Positions 35,734 through 44,862 of a DNA stretch of 64,000 nt are shown in pieces. Within the stretch, counting starts at the first letter, position 1; every line of letters begins with the position of its first letter. The translations under genes and the position numbers were made by a program. The stretch is from IMG/VR virus record IMGVR_UViG_3300038530_001701; one strand, 5' to 3'. Under the pieces are notes generated by a model, which did not search any database, had not been told where the DNA came from, and saw nothing but the letters and a program-made list of their open reading frames with translations. The stretch is from a virus. Lineage: Duplodnaviria > Heunggongvirae > Uroviricota > Caudoviricetes.

Positions 35734-37146
35734 ATGTCTAGACTAATTAAAGGTATTCAGCAAGGCAACGCAACAGCACGTACTGCTAACGGTGCCAAAA
35801 CTCATGCAACCTCACACAATGCCTGTGTAGACTTGTTTGGTGTTGTTGGTTCAGCACGTAACATGGATAAGGGTACTCTGGTACGTATGTTTGATAACGC
35901 ATACGGTGAGAATCCTGAAGTAGCTGTACGTATCATGCAGTGGCTTCGTGATGTTCGTGGTGGTGCTGGTGAGCGTCAAGCTTTCCGTAACCTGTTCGCT
36001 GATCTGATCGAAAACCATCTGGAAATTGCCAAGCGTGTTGTGGTGAAAGTTCCTGAGCTTGGTCGTTGGGATGATGTTCTGGTTGCTGTTGGTACTCCTT
36101 TGGAGCCTGAAGCATTTGAACTGATTCGTGCAGGTCTGAACACACCTGAAACTGCTGGTCTCTGCGCTAAGTGGATGCCGCGTCAAGGTGAAGTAGCTTA
36201 CAAGCTGCGTAAAGCATTCTCTATGACTCCGAAAGGCTGGCGTAAGATGCTTGTAAGCCTCTCTAACACTGTTGAGCAGAAAATGTGTGCAAAGCAGTGG
36301 CATGAGATTGAGTACGGCAAACTGCCTTCTAAGGCTGCTGCAATGTACCAGAATGCATTCAAGCGTAACGACGAGGCACGTTACAACCGTTATGTAGAAG
36401 GTTTGCAAAAAGGTACTGAGAAAATCAATGCCGGTGCGATTTTCCCTCATGATGTTGTAGTGTCTGCACGTAAGGGTAATGATAAGGTTGCTACTGAACA
36501 GTGGAAGGCTCTGCCAAACTACATGGAAGAATCTGGTGAGAACATCTTGCCAATGATCGATGTATCTGGTAGTATGTCTTGGACTAATGTCGGTGGTAAT
36601 CCGAACCTGACTTGCCTTGACGTTGCTCTGGCTCTTGGTATCTATACCTCTGAGCGTATGGGTGGAATGTTTGCAAATCACTACATTTCATTCTCTGAGC
36701 GTCCTGTACTTGGTAAGGTTCAAGGTACTACCCTGAATAGCCGTGTACATAACGTAATGGGTAAGCATGTTGGTTACAGCACTAACTTCCAAGCTGCTTT
36801 TGAGTTGATTCTGCGAACAGCGGTTGACAACGATCTGGCACAGGAAGAAATGCCAACTATGATTCTGGCTCTGTCTGATATGGAATTTAACGCTGCTGGT
36901 CGTGGTAATACTAACTTCCAAGCAATCAAGCGTAAGTTCGAAAATGCAGGCTACAAGATGCCTAAGTTGGTTTTCTGGAATCTGAATGGTCGTGAAGGTA
37001 ACATGCCTGTCACTGTTCATGATTCAGGTACAGCACTGGTTAGCGGGTTCTCGCCTGCAATCCTGAAGTCTGTACTTTCAGCGAAAACTGTAACTCCGGT
37101 TGATATTATGCTTGACACGGTAATGGTTGATCGGTACAATTTCTAA
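35734..37146 (+). CDS. vWA-domain protein (MIDAS DVSGSM) with N-terminal alpha-helical domain; candidate Ro60/TROVE-like RNP protein
   Basis: 470 aa; MIDAS motif LPMIDVSGSMSW followed by vWA-like beta-alpha pattern; Ro60 = TROVE + vWA architecture; directly downstream of tRNA-mimic RNA cluster; strong RBS aaaggagg. Confidence 0.55.
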   Translation: MSRLIKGIQQGNATARTANGAKTHATSHNACVDLFGVVGSARNMDKGTLVRMFDNAYGENPEVAVRIMQWLRDVRGGAGERQAFRNLFADLIENHLEIAKRVVVKVPELGRWDDVLVAVGTPLEPEAFELIRAGLNTPETAGLCAKWMPRQGEVAYKLRKAFSMTPKGWRKMLVSLSNTVEQKMCAKQWHEIEYGKLPSKAAAMYQNAFKRNDEARYNRYVEGLQKGTEKINAGAIFPHDVVVSARKGNDKVATEQWKALPNYMEESGENILPMIDVSGSMSWTNVGGNPNLTCLDVALALGIYTSERMGGMFANHYISFSERPVLGKVQGTTLNSRVHNVMGKHVGYSTNFQAAFELILRTAVDNDLAQEEMPTMILALSDMEFNAAGRGNTNFQAIKRKFENAGYKMPKLVFWNLNGREGNMPVTVHDSGTALVSGFSPAILKSVLSAKTVTPVDIMLDTVMVDRYNF

Positions 37147-37153
37147 ACCTGAA

Positions 37154-37191
37154 GCCCTCTTGAGTAATTCAGGAGGGCATTTTTTCGTTTT
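37154..37191 (+). terminator. rho-independent terminator
   Basis: gccctc-ttgagtaattcag-gagggc hairpin + attttttcgtttt. Confidence 0.6.
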
Positions 37192-37203
37192 AAAGGAGGC
37201 ATC

Positions 37204-37524
37204 ATGAAAAATTTATTGCTAGTAGTTGTTCTTGTTTTTGCATCTTGCGCTGTTGCTCCTGCTACTGCTAACATGATTAGCCACACAGGGAACGTAAAAG
37301 AATGTGCAGCAAGTACGTATAAATATACGTTGCTTGTTAAGTATAAAGATGCTAACATCATTCCTCAAGATGTGATTAACATCATCGCTCCACAATTGGA
37401 ATTACCTAAAGGTTGGGAAAACTCAATTGAAAGAGTTGTTTACGAAATCTACGAAAATGACTTGACTGAAATGCAGGTTTATGAGAGACTTTACCTACGC
37501 TGCATTCACGGATACTCTATATAG
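37204..37524 (+). CDS. putative lipoprotein
   Basis: Signal peptide with lipobox-like VFASC (MKNLLLVVVLVFASCAVAPA); 106 aa. Confidence 0.45.
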   Translation: MKNLLLVVVLVFASCAVAPATANMISHTGNVKECAASTYKYTLLVKYKDANIIPQDVINIIAPQLELPKGWENSIERVVYEIYENDLTEMQVYERLYLRCIHGYSI

Positions 37525-37533
37525 GAGGTAGGT

Positions 37534-37761
37534 ATGGACGGTGAAAATGCAACAACACTGGCAGGGTTTGTTACAGAACATAATGTCAGTAACGATGGGC
37601 AAAGATTAGGCGAAAGGTTTGTTAATCTGTATATTTCTCAGCCTTGGCATAAACTTTTTTACGAAGAATCTGACAGGAAGGCATTAAAAATGATCGGAGA
37701 TTGGTTGACAGATAATCAGTACTTCGGTACAATGCCACCACTAGCTAAGAAAAGGAGTTAG
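37534..37761 (+). CDS. hypothetical protein
   Basis: 75-aa ORF with RBS ggagg. Confidence 0.4.
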   Translation: MDGENATTLAGFVTEHNVSNDGQRLGERFVNLYISQPWHKLFYEESDRKALKMIGDWLTDNQYFGTMPPLAKKRS

Positions 37762-37932
37762 CTATGTTGAATATACTTATGGCAATCGGCTGGTTGATTT
37801 ATATGTTTGTAGTAATACGTCAACCAAGAATTCGTCAAATTGACTTGATTTTGCCGCTAGTTGTGCTTATAATTCACCACACAGTAATCGGACTTAACAA
37901 CTTATTTGTAATCGACTAAGGAGACTTACACT

Positions 37933-40077
37933 ATGCGATTGGATACAGCACGAGAAGAAACTATCACCAATCTGAGCGGTTCACAGAAGTTCAAGATGAA
38001 TGCCTCTGCAAAGGCTTTCCAGATTCTTTCTTCTGGCATCTATGAGCGTAAGATTGAAGCTATTGTTCGTGAGCTTTCATGCAATGCGTATGACAGTCAC
38101 GTAATGGCTGGTAAGGCTGATGTGCCTTTCCGTATTCAACTGCCGACACCTATCAATGACTTCATCTTTGCCATTGAAGATTTTGGTGTAGGTCTGTCTG
38201 AAGATGAAGTTTACAATGTTTATACAACTTACTTTGAGTCTACCAAAACCGACAGCAATGATGTTATTGGTGCTTTGGGCCTTGGTTCTAAGACTCCTTT
38301 CAGCTACACTGACAGCTTCACTGTCAAGGCTCGTAAGCATGGTAAGGAATGTGTGTTCTCAGCCCAAATCAGCGCCTCTGGTGAGCCTGAAGTGGTTAAG
38401 ATGTACGAACGTCCGTGGAACGGTGAAAATGGCGTAGAGGTCTCTGTAGAGGTCGCCAGCAAAGACGTTACTGAGTTCCGTAACTGTGCTGACAAGGTAC
38501 TTAGCTGGTTTGATGTTAAGCCAGAATGTAACCGTGATCTTTGCTTTGATATTGAAGCAGACGCTGTTGCAAATGTTCGTCAATACGGTTATCATCTGGA
38601 ACCTAAGCAGGGTTTTGGTCGTTCTGTTGACTGTAAGGTTGTTATGGGCAATGTTGCCTACGACCTTAACCTGAAAGACCTGAAGGTTGATGATCAATCT
38701 GACACTGGAAAGTTCATTACGCAACTTTACAACATGCGCGCTGATGTTTACTTCTCTATTGACATTGGCGATGCTGATGTGGCAGCAAGTCGTGAAACTC
38801 TGTCTTTGGATGATAGAACCAAAGAAAATTTGATTCAACGTCTTGATTTTATTCGCACAAACTTTGAAGCAACTACCATTGCCAAAGTAGGTAGCTTTGC
38901 GAATGTTATGGAAGCTTACAACAAGTTGACTTCCTATGAGCGCAGTGTGGTTATGGACTACACTATCAATGGGTTTTCTATCGCAGACCTTCGTACTCGT
39001 CGGGGTTGTATCCGTACTTTCGTTGGCCTTGCTGATCAGGATAATCCAACAGCAACCGAACTTGAAGTTAGAAAAATTCTGGAAGACTATGACATTGCTA
39101 TCTATGGTAACTTTGGTAGCTGGAGGACTAAGCCACGCTCTAAGCGTGAAGTGTCCACTGACTATGGCAATCTCATGGAAAGTGATTACGTAATTCCTGT
39201 GGTCATTAACGACTGTGAACGTAAGATCGGTCTTAAAGATGCTCTGATGAATAACAGCAACCTTCGTGACAAGGTTGTGGTTATCTCAGACAAGAAAACA
39301 ACCTTGACTGCTGATCTTGAAAAGGCGCTTAACTTCTTGACTTTCAACAGCTTTAAGGTAATCTATGCCTCAAGCTTTTGGGATGGTAAGCTGAGTAATA
39401 CTCGCTCAAACACTGGTGGTTTGGCAGAAGAAACTGTTAAGTGTAAGGTAATGACAAAAGGTAGCCGTTATTTTGTCAATAAAAAGGTTGACTTGTCTTC
39501 AGAAAATAAGGCAAAATGGGCTTATGTTGATTCAGGGTCTTATTTCTTTGACGTAGAGTTCTCTGATAAGATTCGCAACACAATGTCTGACAGTGAACTG
39601 CGTAATATCATGACTGAGCTTGACCTTGACGGTGTTATCGCTTACAATGGCAACAACAAAGGTAAGGTAATTCGCATCCTTGGAGAGTCACAGGATATGG
39701 CAAAGCTTATTGAAGCTAACGCCAGTAAAGCTTGCTACCTTCATGCTCAAACTGTCGATGTTATGAAGAACATGCATGAAAGACGTTACATGATCTTTGA
39801 AGCTTATGAGAGCATGTATAATAGCTTGACTCAGCTACCTACAACTGGTAAAGTACAATGCTCTAAGATTCGATATGAGCGTGACTACTCTACTCATGTA
39901 GACACTCGTAAGCTTGAACAGGCTATCGAGAAACGTAAGGAAGTTTTCGCAGAGCAAATTAAAGTTATTGTTCAAAACAGTCCAATGTTGGACGAACTGT
40001 TGACAACACACGGATTTAACGATAAGATTATTCCTGAAGTCAGACAGTACATCAAAATGAAAAGGAAGGGGGTTTAA
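37933..40077 (+). CDS. rIIA: rIIA-like protein (GHKL/histidine-kinase-like ATPase fold)
   Basis: 714 aa; N-terminus (NLSGSQKFKMNASAKAFQILSSGIYERKIEAIVRELSCNAYDSH.. GLGSKTPFSYTDSFTV) closely parallels T4 rIIA ([54 protein letters not shown]). Confidence 0.75.
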   Translation: MRLDTAREETITNLSGSQKFKMNASAKAFQILSSGIYERKIEAIVRELSCNAYDSHVMAGKADVPFRIQLPTPINDFIFAIEDFGVGLSEDEVYNVYTTYFESTKTDSNDVIGALGLGSKTPFSYTDSFTVKARKHGKECVFSAQISASGEPEVVKMYERPWNGENGVEVSVEVASKDVTEFRNCADKVLSWFDVKPECNRDLCFDIEADAVANVRQYGYHLEPKQGFGRSVDCKVVMGNVAYDLNLKDLKVDDQSDTGKFITQLYNMRADVYFSIDIGDADVAASRETLSLDDRTKENLIQRLDFIRTNFEATTIAKVGSFANVMEAYNKLTSYERSVVMDYTINGFSIADLRTRRGCIRTFVGLADQDNPTATELEVRKILEDYDIAIYGNFGSWRTKPRSKREVSTDYGNLMESDYVIPVVINDCERKIGLKDALMNNSNLRDKVVVISDKKTTLTADLEKALNFLTFNSFKVIYASSFWDGKLSNTRSNTGGLAEETVKCKVMTKGSRYFVNKKVDLSSENKAKWAYVDSGSYFFDVEFSDKIRNTMSDSELRNIMTELDLDGVIAYNGNNKGKVIRILGESQDMAKLIEANASKACYLHAQTVDVMKNMHERRYMIFEAYESMYNSLTQLPTTGKVQCSKIRYERDYSTHVDTRKLEQAIEKRKEVFAEQIKVIVQNSPMLDELLTTHGFNDKIIPEVRQYIKMKRKGV

Positions 40078-40079
40078 TT

Positions 40080-41480
40080 ATGGCCGTAACAATCGTATCA
40101 AATGAAGACAAGGTAGAAATGCTGTACTGCTTTACGCAGCATGAGGACACTCTGACCTCTATCGGTGAGGACTTTGGAGTGAGTCGAAAAACTGTTCGCC
40201 GCTGCATTGACGAGGTTAATAAATTCCTCGCTGGAATTCAGGTAGGTGATACTATCAATCTGAAGACTGATGAGGGGCTTCTGGAAGTCACTGTAGCTCT
40301 CGAAGACAAAGAGCTTGAAGACACTATGCCTGTAGCTGTTCGCTTCCCTGATGGTGTTGTGGACTATGTAGAACTTCATCAGCTCATGGATGGTGAGCAA
40401 ATGAACGAAGTGGCTGAACGTGTCACTGAAGAAGTTGAAGCAAGTGAAATTGTAGAGACAGTTGCCAACAAAGGTCTGTCTGTAGGTGATAGTGTACGTA
40501 TCCGTAAGGACTCTCACTTCTATGGTGATGGTTATGGTAATCCAATCGATCAAGTCGGTACGGTTGCCTCAATAGAAAACGGAGTTATTCTGCCAATACT
40601 TGTACGTTGGGAGGAAGACGGTCTTAACAGCTACGATGAATCTGATCTGTATGTTGTTGAACCTGAGCCTGAAGTTGAGGAAGTTACTGAAAACGCTCAG
40701 TATTTTGTAACTGCTCCACAGGATTCATTGACAATTGTTCGCATTGATCAGGACACTGGCGAAGTTAGTCAGCGTCAAACAAACAAACACAATGAGAACT
40801 TTGGCAATCTTCGTGATATGATCAAAGCAGACCAGTCACAAGAATGTCTGAAAGTTGTCTACGAGGCTCTTGACACCACACGTATGCTTGAGTCATACTC
40901 TGTTGGTCGGGTTAAGGTGAACCCACAAACTGAAAGTGTTGTGTTTGTTCGTCAAGATGGTTCAGAACGTGCAGTTCCAGACGACATTGCAATGGACATT
41001 ATCACTACTGTTCGTGAATATGGTCGTGACAGTGGCGAGAAACTTGTTAAGTTCCTTGACAAGCTTATGACTAACGTGAGCTTCAAAGCTATCGAAGGTC
41101 TGTATCGCTTCATGAAGCACAACTGTATCGAAATCAATGACGATGGTTCAATTCAGGCTTGGAAAGGTGTTGCAGAAGACTTGCATAGCATTAGCTCAGG
41201 TAAGATTGCAAACAGCCCAACTTGCCCTGTTCGTGCAGATGGTCGAATCGACAACAGCGGTTTCGGAACTGAGATTCGAGTAGATCGCAGTGAAGTTGAC
41301 GACGACCCTGATGCTACCTGTTCACATGGTCTGCATGTTGGTAATCGCAGCTACGCAGAGAGCTTTGGTCGCACCCTACTTTCTGTTAAGGTAGAGCCAC
41401 AGGACGTTGTAGCTGTTCCAAAGGATTACAATGGTGCTAAGATGCGCTGTTGTGCATACACTCCGCTCTTTGCGGTTTAA
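40080..41480 (+). CDS. rIIB: rIIB-like protein (extended, 466 aa) with N-terminal HTH
   Basis: C-terminal region AWKGV..DDDPDATCSHGLHVGNRSY..VKVEPQDVVAVPKDYNGAKMRCCAY parallels T4 rIIB YAWKVV..DDDTQTCSRGLHVCSKSY..VKVHPRDVVSIPIDYNDAKMRTCQY; immediately follows rIIA. Confidence 0.75.
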   Translation: MAVTIVSNEDKVEMLYCFTQHEDTLTSIGEDFGVSRKTVRRCIDEVNKFLAGIQVGDTINLKTDEGLLEVTVALEDKELEDTMPVAVRFPDGVVDYVELHQLMDGEQMNEVAERVTEEVEASEIVETVANKGLSVGDSVRIRKDSHFYGDGYGNPIDQVGTVASIENGVILPILVRWEEDGLNSYDESDLYVVEPEPEVEEVTENAQYFVTAPQDSLTIVRIDQDTGEVSQRQTNKHNENFGNLRDMIKADQSQECLKVVYEALDTTRMLESYSVGRVKVNPQTESVVFVRQDGSERAVPDDIAMDIITTVREYGRDSGEKLVKFLDKLMTNVSFKAIEGLYRFMKHNCIEINDDGSIQAWKGVAEDLHSISSGKIANSPTCPVRADGRIDNSGFGTEIRVDRSEVDDDPDATCSHGLHVGNRSYAESFGRTLLSVKVEPQDVVAVPKDYNGAKMRCCAYTPLFAV

Positions 41481-41489
41481 GTAATCGCA

Positions 41490-41520
41490 GCCTGTCAGGT
41501 AATTCTGGCAGGCTTTTTGT
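41490..41520 (+). terminator. rho-independent terminator (overlaps next promoter)
   Basis: gcctgtcag-gtaattc-tggcaggc + tttttgt. Confidence 0.55.
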
Positions 41521-41548
41521 TGACAAGGAAACTGAATCTAAGTAAGAT
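41520..41548 (+). promoter_or_regulatory. sigma70-like promoter
   Basis: TTGACA-17 nt-TAAGAT upstream of 41578. Confidence 0.55.
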
Positions 41549-41577
41549 ACTTAAAACTTAGAAATGGAGGGGATTTT

Positions 41578-41826
41578 ATGTACGGTAAAATGAAGTATGT
41601 TCGTTTTGTGGATTTTAACGAAATTGAGTGTATCATTGTTTTTTCTACTCACATGAACCACAGAGAGACTGTCAGAGGAATCGGGCATATTAAAGTAGTG
41701 AGTGCTGGTTTTGTTTATCAGTCTTCTGGCCTTTTATTCTGTGAAGGTCGCTCTGAATCGCTGAATGTTGACAGTAATCCAGAAGCCGATACAAAATTAC
41801 TACGAAAGCAGCTTCAAGGTCTATGA
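41578..41826 (+). CDS. hypothetical protein
   Basis: 82-aa ORF, RBS ggagggg. Confidence 0.4.
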   Translation: MYGKMKYVRFVDFNEIECIIVFSTHMNHRETVRGIGHIKVVSAGFVYQSSGLLFCEGRSESLNVDSNPEADTKLLRKQLQGL

Positions 41827-42146
41827 AAGTTGATGTAGAATTACTCAGAAGACTCAGAGCACAAATGTTGATCCATTGTTACCTGTATTACTGGATGGAC
41901 TCACCAATCTGGACTGATGGGTTCTGGCAGAGTAAAGCAGACGCCCTTCAGAAGCTTCAGGAAGGCTATTTAGAGGCTGGCCTGAGTATTGATATAGGTT
42001 TCTACGATGATGCCTTCAGGGACTTCACAGGAGCTACAGGAGCACACTTACCAAGAGATGATTATGTAGTTAGTAAAGCTATTTATATTTATCGTCTGCA
42101 CACAAAAGAAAATGTTGACTTCAACAGCCTTGCTGGTGTAAAGTAG
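41823..42146 (+). CDS. hypothetical protein
   Basis: 107-aa ORF, ATGA overlap with previous. Confidence 0.4.
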   Translation: MKVDVELLRRLRAQMLIHCYLYYWMDSPIWTDGFWQSKADALQKLQEGYLEAGLSIDIGFYDDAFRDFTGATGAHLPRDDYVVSKAIYIYRLHTKENVDFNSLAGVK

Positions 42147-42173
42147 CTTCATAGTAAACGAAAGGAGATAAAC

Positions 42174-42473
42174 ATGCGGGTAATCATTAAAAGCAATATC
42201 TATGAATTATCAAACCTTGAGGGTAAGATACTGATTGCAACAGAGTGTCTACATTCCTCTGTACAGATCAGAACCAGTGAGCTTCTCCGTGTAGGTGTTC
42301 CTAGAGAGGAACTTGATGAAGAAGACTTAACAGAGCGTTGGCTTTTCTTACCAGATGAGTATGAAATTGTCAAGCCTGAGTTTGAAAATTGTTCAGACTC
42401 AAACGTAGGTAAAGGTTGGGAGGGCTTCTATGAGCAAAAGCCAATTAAAAAGTCAAAATTCAGGAACCACTGA
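42174..42473 (+). CDS. hypothetical protein
   Basis: 99-aa ORF, RBS aaggag. Confidence 0.4.
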   Translation: MRVIIKSNIYELSNLEGKILIATECLHSSVQIRTSELLRVGVPREELDEEDLTERWLFLPDEYEIVKPEFENCSDSNVGKGWEGFYEQKPIKKSKFRNH

Positions 42474-42654
42474 AGAATATCGGATGGTTGAGCATGGCCC
42501 TTGGATTACAACTGGTGGTAAGCAGTGGTGTTTTTCATGTGGTCATGTAGCTCTCAACAATGATATTTCACGTTGGGCTACTAGAGTTGGTTGTTATTTC
42601 AAAGAGCATCCAGCATATAAAAATAAAATGAAAAAAGCTGGTGGAAGGTGTTGA
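42430..42654 (+). CDS. hypothetical protein (possible small zinc-binding protein; start uncertain)
   Basis: 74-aa ORF overlapping previous by 44 nt; CFSCGH motif. Confidence 0.35.
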   Translation: MSKSQLKSQNSGTTEEYRMVEHGPWITTGGKQWCFSCGHVALNNDISRWATRVGCYFKEHPAYKNKMKKAGGRC

Positions 42655-42679
42655 CACACTAACCAAACTTCGATAATAT
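42651..42679 (+). promoter_or_regulatory. sigma70-like promoter
   Basis: TTGACA-17 nt-TAATAT upstream of 42717. Confidence 0.55.
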
Positions 42680-42716
42680 ACTCCCATCATAAACGAAAAC
42701 AGAGAGGTAAGACATT

Positions 42717-43046
42717 ATGTGTGATCAAAAGAAACTGGCTCGTGTTAAGCAACTGATCGGTGACTCTACTCAGTTTGTTTCAGTGACTTTCATCAAAGCG
42801 AATGGTCAACCGCGTACCGTCACTTTCAACAAAAAGGTGACTGCCGGTATCGTCGGTGAAGCAGCAGCAGAGCAGTACCAGAAAGCTGTACAGACTCGTA
42901 AAGAGAAACATCCAAACCTGATTCCAGTGTTTGATTCTCAACTGGCAGCACAAGGTACTCCGACCAAGGATTGCTGGCGTTCAATCAACACCGACACTAC
43001 TATCAAAGTGGTAGCAGATGGTGTAGAATCTAAGTTTAAGCGTTAA
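42717..43046 (+). CDS. hypothetical protein
   Basis: 109-aa ORF, RBS. Confidence 0.45.
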   Translation: MCDQKKLARVKQLIGDSTQFVSVTFIKANGQPRTVTFNKKVTAGIVGEAAAEQYQKAVQTRKEKHPNLIPVFDSQLAAQGTPTKDCWRSINTDTTIKVVADGVESKFKR

Positions 43047-43052
43047 TTTACA

Positions 43053-43076
43053 GGGGGCTTCGGCTCCCTTTATTTT
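43053..43076 (+). terminator. rho-independent terminator with UUCG tetraloop
   Basis: gggggc-ttcg-gctccc + tttatttt. Confidence 0.55.
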
Positions 43077-43087
43077 AGGAGGATATT

Positions 43088-43513
43088 ATGAAAGTTATTA
43101 TTGATTTTATTTCAACATTGGATAATGATGATTATAACGGTATCTTTATCGCATTTCCTTTTATCACTTTGGTGATACTAGGCATCGCTGGAGGTATTGA
43201 GGCAGCGATTGTTGGCCAACATGCTTGGATTACGGCTGTATTTGTTACCACAGGCTTCTACTTGATTGGTGGAGCGGCAGCAATTTCAATAGCTTGGGTA
43301 GGCTCTGTTTCAAAATCTGAAAACTACTTTGTAAAGAACGTGGGTTTTTATCTGATAGTCGTAGGTTTTCTCTTTACAGTTGTCACAATTTTGATTACAC
43401 TGTGGCAAATACATTGGATTTTGGGAGGGGTTGTTACACTTGTTGGCCTAATTTTAGGTACAGGTTTGGTAATCTCAATTATTATTGAATCTAAAAAGGA
43501 GGAATCAGAATGA
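43088..43513 (+). CDS. integral membrane protein (4 predicted TM helices)
   Basis: 141 aa, highly hydrophobic. Confidence 0.45.
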   Translation: MKVIIDFISTLDNDDYNGIFIAFPFITLVILGIAGGIEAAIVGQHAWITAVFVTTGFYLIGGAAAISIAWVGSVSKSENYFVKNVGFYLIVVGFLFTVVTILITLWQIHWILGGVVTLVGLILGTGLVISIIIESKKEESE

Positions 43514-44040
43514 ATTGGTTGATTAAACTTCAAGATTACATATTTGTAACCCAAAGGGATTCTTTATATCGTCAGAACAGTGATTACGTTAGGCAGTATG
43601 ACGGGGTTCGTGACCATGATGGTTATGTATTCATTTTCATAGTGTTTGGAATTATCGGAACCTGTGTTGGTCTGGTGTTTACACCGTTAGCCATACATAT
43701 TAACGATTTAGTTAATCCGTTTACTGTACTGACTTCTGTAGTTGTACTGACTGGCATTGTATTTGCTTTATCCTGTATTCTATCTAAGGTGTGGTTCATG
43801 TTGGTGGACGAGGATAAAAATAAAAGCCTAATGATCAGCTTCAATGAGAAAATTAATGGACAATTGTTCTACGAACTGGTAACATTACTTTATCTTGTTG
43901 GTAACTCTGTCATTCTTATCGGAGTTCTATCAATAATTGGAGCTATCAGTTATATTTTACTTGGAGTTATCCTGCTAAGTGTGGTAGGATTCATTACAGC
44001 AGTGGTTATTGCACGTAAACGGAAAGCGGAGGCAATTTAA
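43510..44040 (+). CDS. integral membrane protein
   Basis: 176 aa, multiple TM helices, ATGA overlap with previous. Confidence 0.45.
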   Translation: MNWLIKLQDYIFVTQRDSLYRQNSDYVRQYDGVRDHDGYVFIFIVFGIIGTCVGLVFTPLAIHINDLVNPFTVLTSVVVLTGIVFALSCILSKVWFMLVDEDKNKSLMISFNEKINGQLFYELVTLLYLVGNSVILIGVLSIIGAISYILLGVILLSVVGFITAVVIARKRKAEAI

Positions 44041-44042
44041 GA

Positions 44043-44492
44043 ATGAAGTACATCATCCTTAGTCTTATGGCAGTGTTCAGTACAATAGCTTCAGCAGACT
44101 CTGACGAGGAACATTGCCTAGCTTTGAATATTTATCATGAGGCTAGGGGTGAGGGTATAGAAGGTTGGTTGGCTGTAGCTTTTGTTACAGTCAATCGCTT
44201 GCAAGATCGTAGGTTTCCTGATACCATTTGTGGAGTTGTCTATGACAGTTATCAATTCTCATGGACACATGATCATCTACCAGATGAGCCAAAGCTTGAC
44301 AAGTATGCAGACAGGAAGGCATGGGAATACATACAGTGGTTTTCTGAAGGTTTCTTAGAAAACAGTGAATTTATTGTTGACCCGACAGAAGGAAGTCTGT
44401 ATTATCATAGTCATAAGGTTGCACCATATTGGTCAAAACACTTTAATGAGGTAGCAACCATTGGTGATCACATTTTCTACTCGGAGGATTGA
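44043..44492 (+). CDS. SleB/CwlJ-family cell-wall hydrolase with signal peptide
   Basis: Signal peptide MKYIILSLMAVFSTIASA; ALNIYHEARGEGIEGWLAVAFVTVNR matches Hydrolase_2 (SleB) signature AxxIYxEARGE...AVAxVVxNR. Confidence 0.65.
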   Translation: MKYIILSLMAVFSTIASADSDEEHCLALNIYHEARGEGIEGWLAVAFVTVNRLQDRRFPDTICGVVYDSYQFSWTHDHLPDEPKLDKYADRKAWEYIQWFSEGFLENSEFIVDPTEGSLYYHSHKVAPYWSKHFNEVATIGDHIFYSED

Positions 44493-44496
44493 CAAA

Positions 44497-44862
44497 ATGT
44501 TGAAGGGTTTGAGAAACTATGTATCTGATTTCTTTGAAGCTATTTTCTATGAGGGGCCTGTAGGTATGACACCAGAACAAGAAAACTACCAACATTTGAT
44601 TGAAGAACGTGAGCAAATGATTCACACTACTGTCAAGGGTATTCTCTATGAAGTCGAGAAGGTTTGTAGGCAGGAAAATTCTGTAGAGATTACGGGGTAT
44701 GGTTTCAATCAGGTATCCCCAATTCTTTATGAAGATAGCTGGTACGAAATTGTTGTAAATCGCTTGCAAGACCTAGGGTATCGTTGTAGAATGAACTTCG
44801 ATTACAGCAACGGCAAGCTACAAAGTTCACTTACAGTTTCATGGTGGGGGTTGGACAAATGA
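44497..44862 (+). CDS. hypothetical protein
   Basis: Probable start MLKGL at 44497 (RBS ggagg); 121 aa. Confidence 0.4.
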   Translation: MLKGLRNYVSDFFEAIFYEGPVGMTPEQENYQHLIEEREQMIHTTVKGILYEVEKVCRQENSVEITGYGFNQVSPILYEDSWYEIVVNRLQDLGYRCRMNFDYSNGKLQSSLTVSWWGLDK

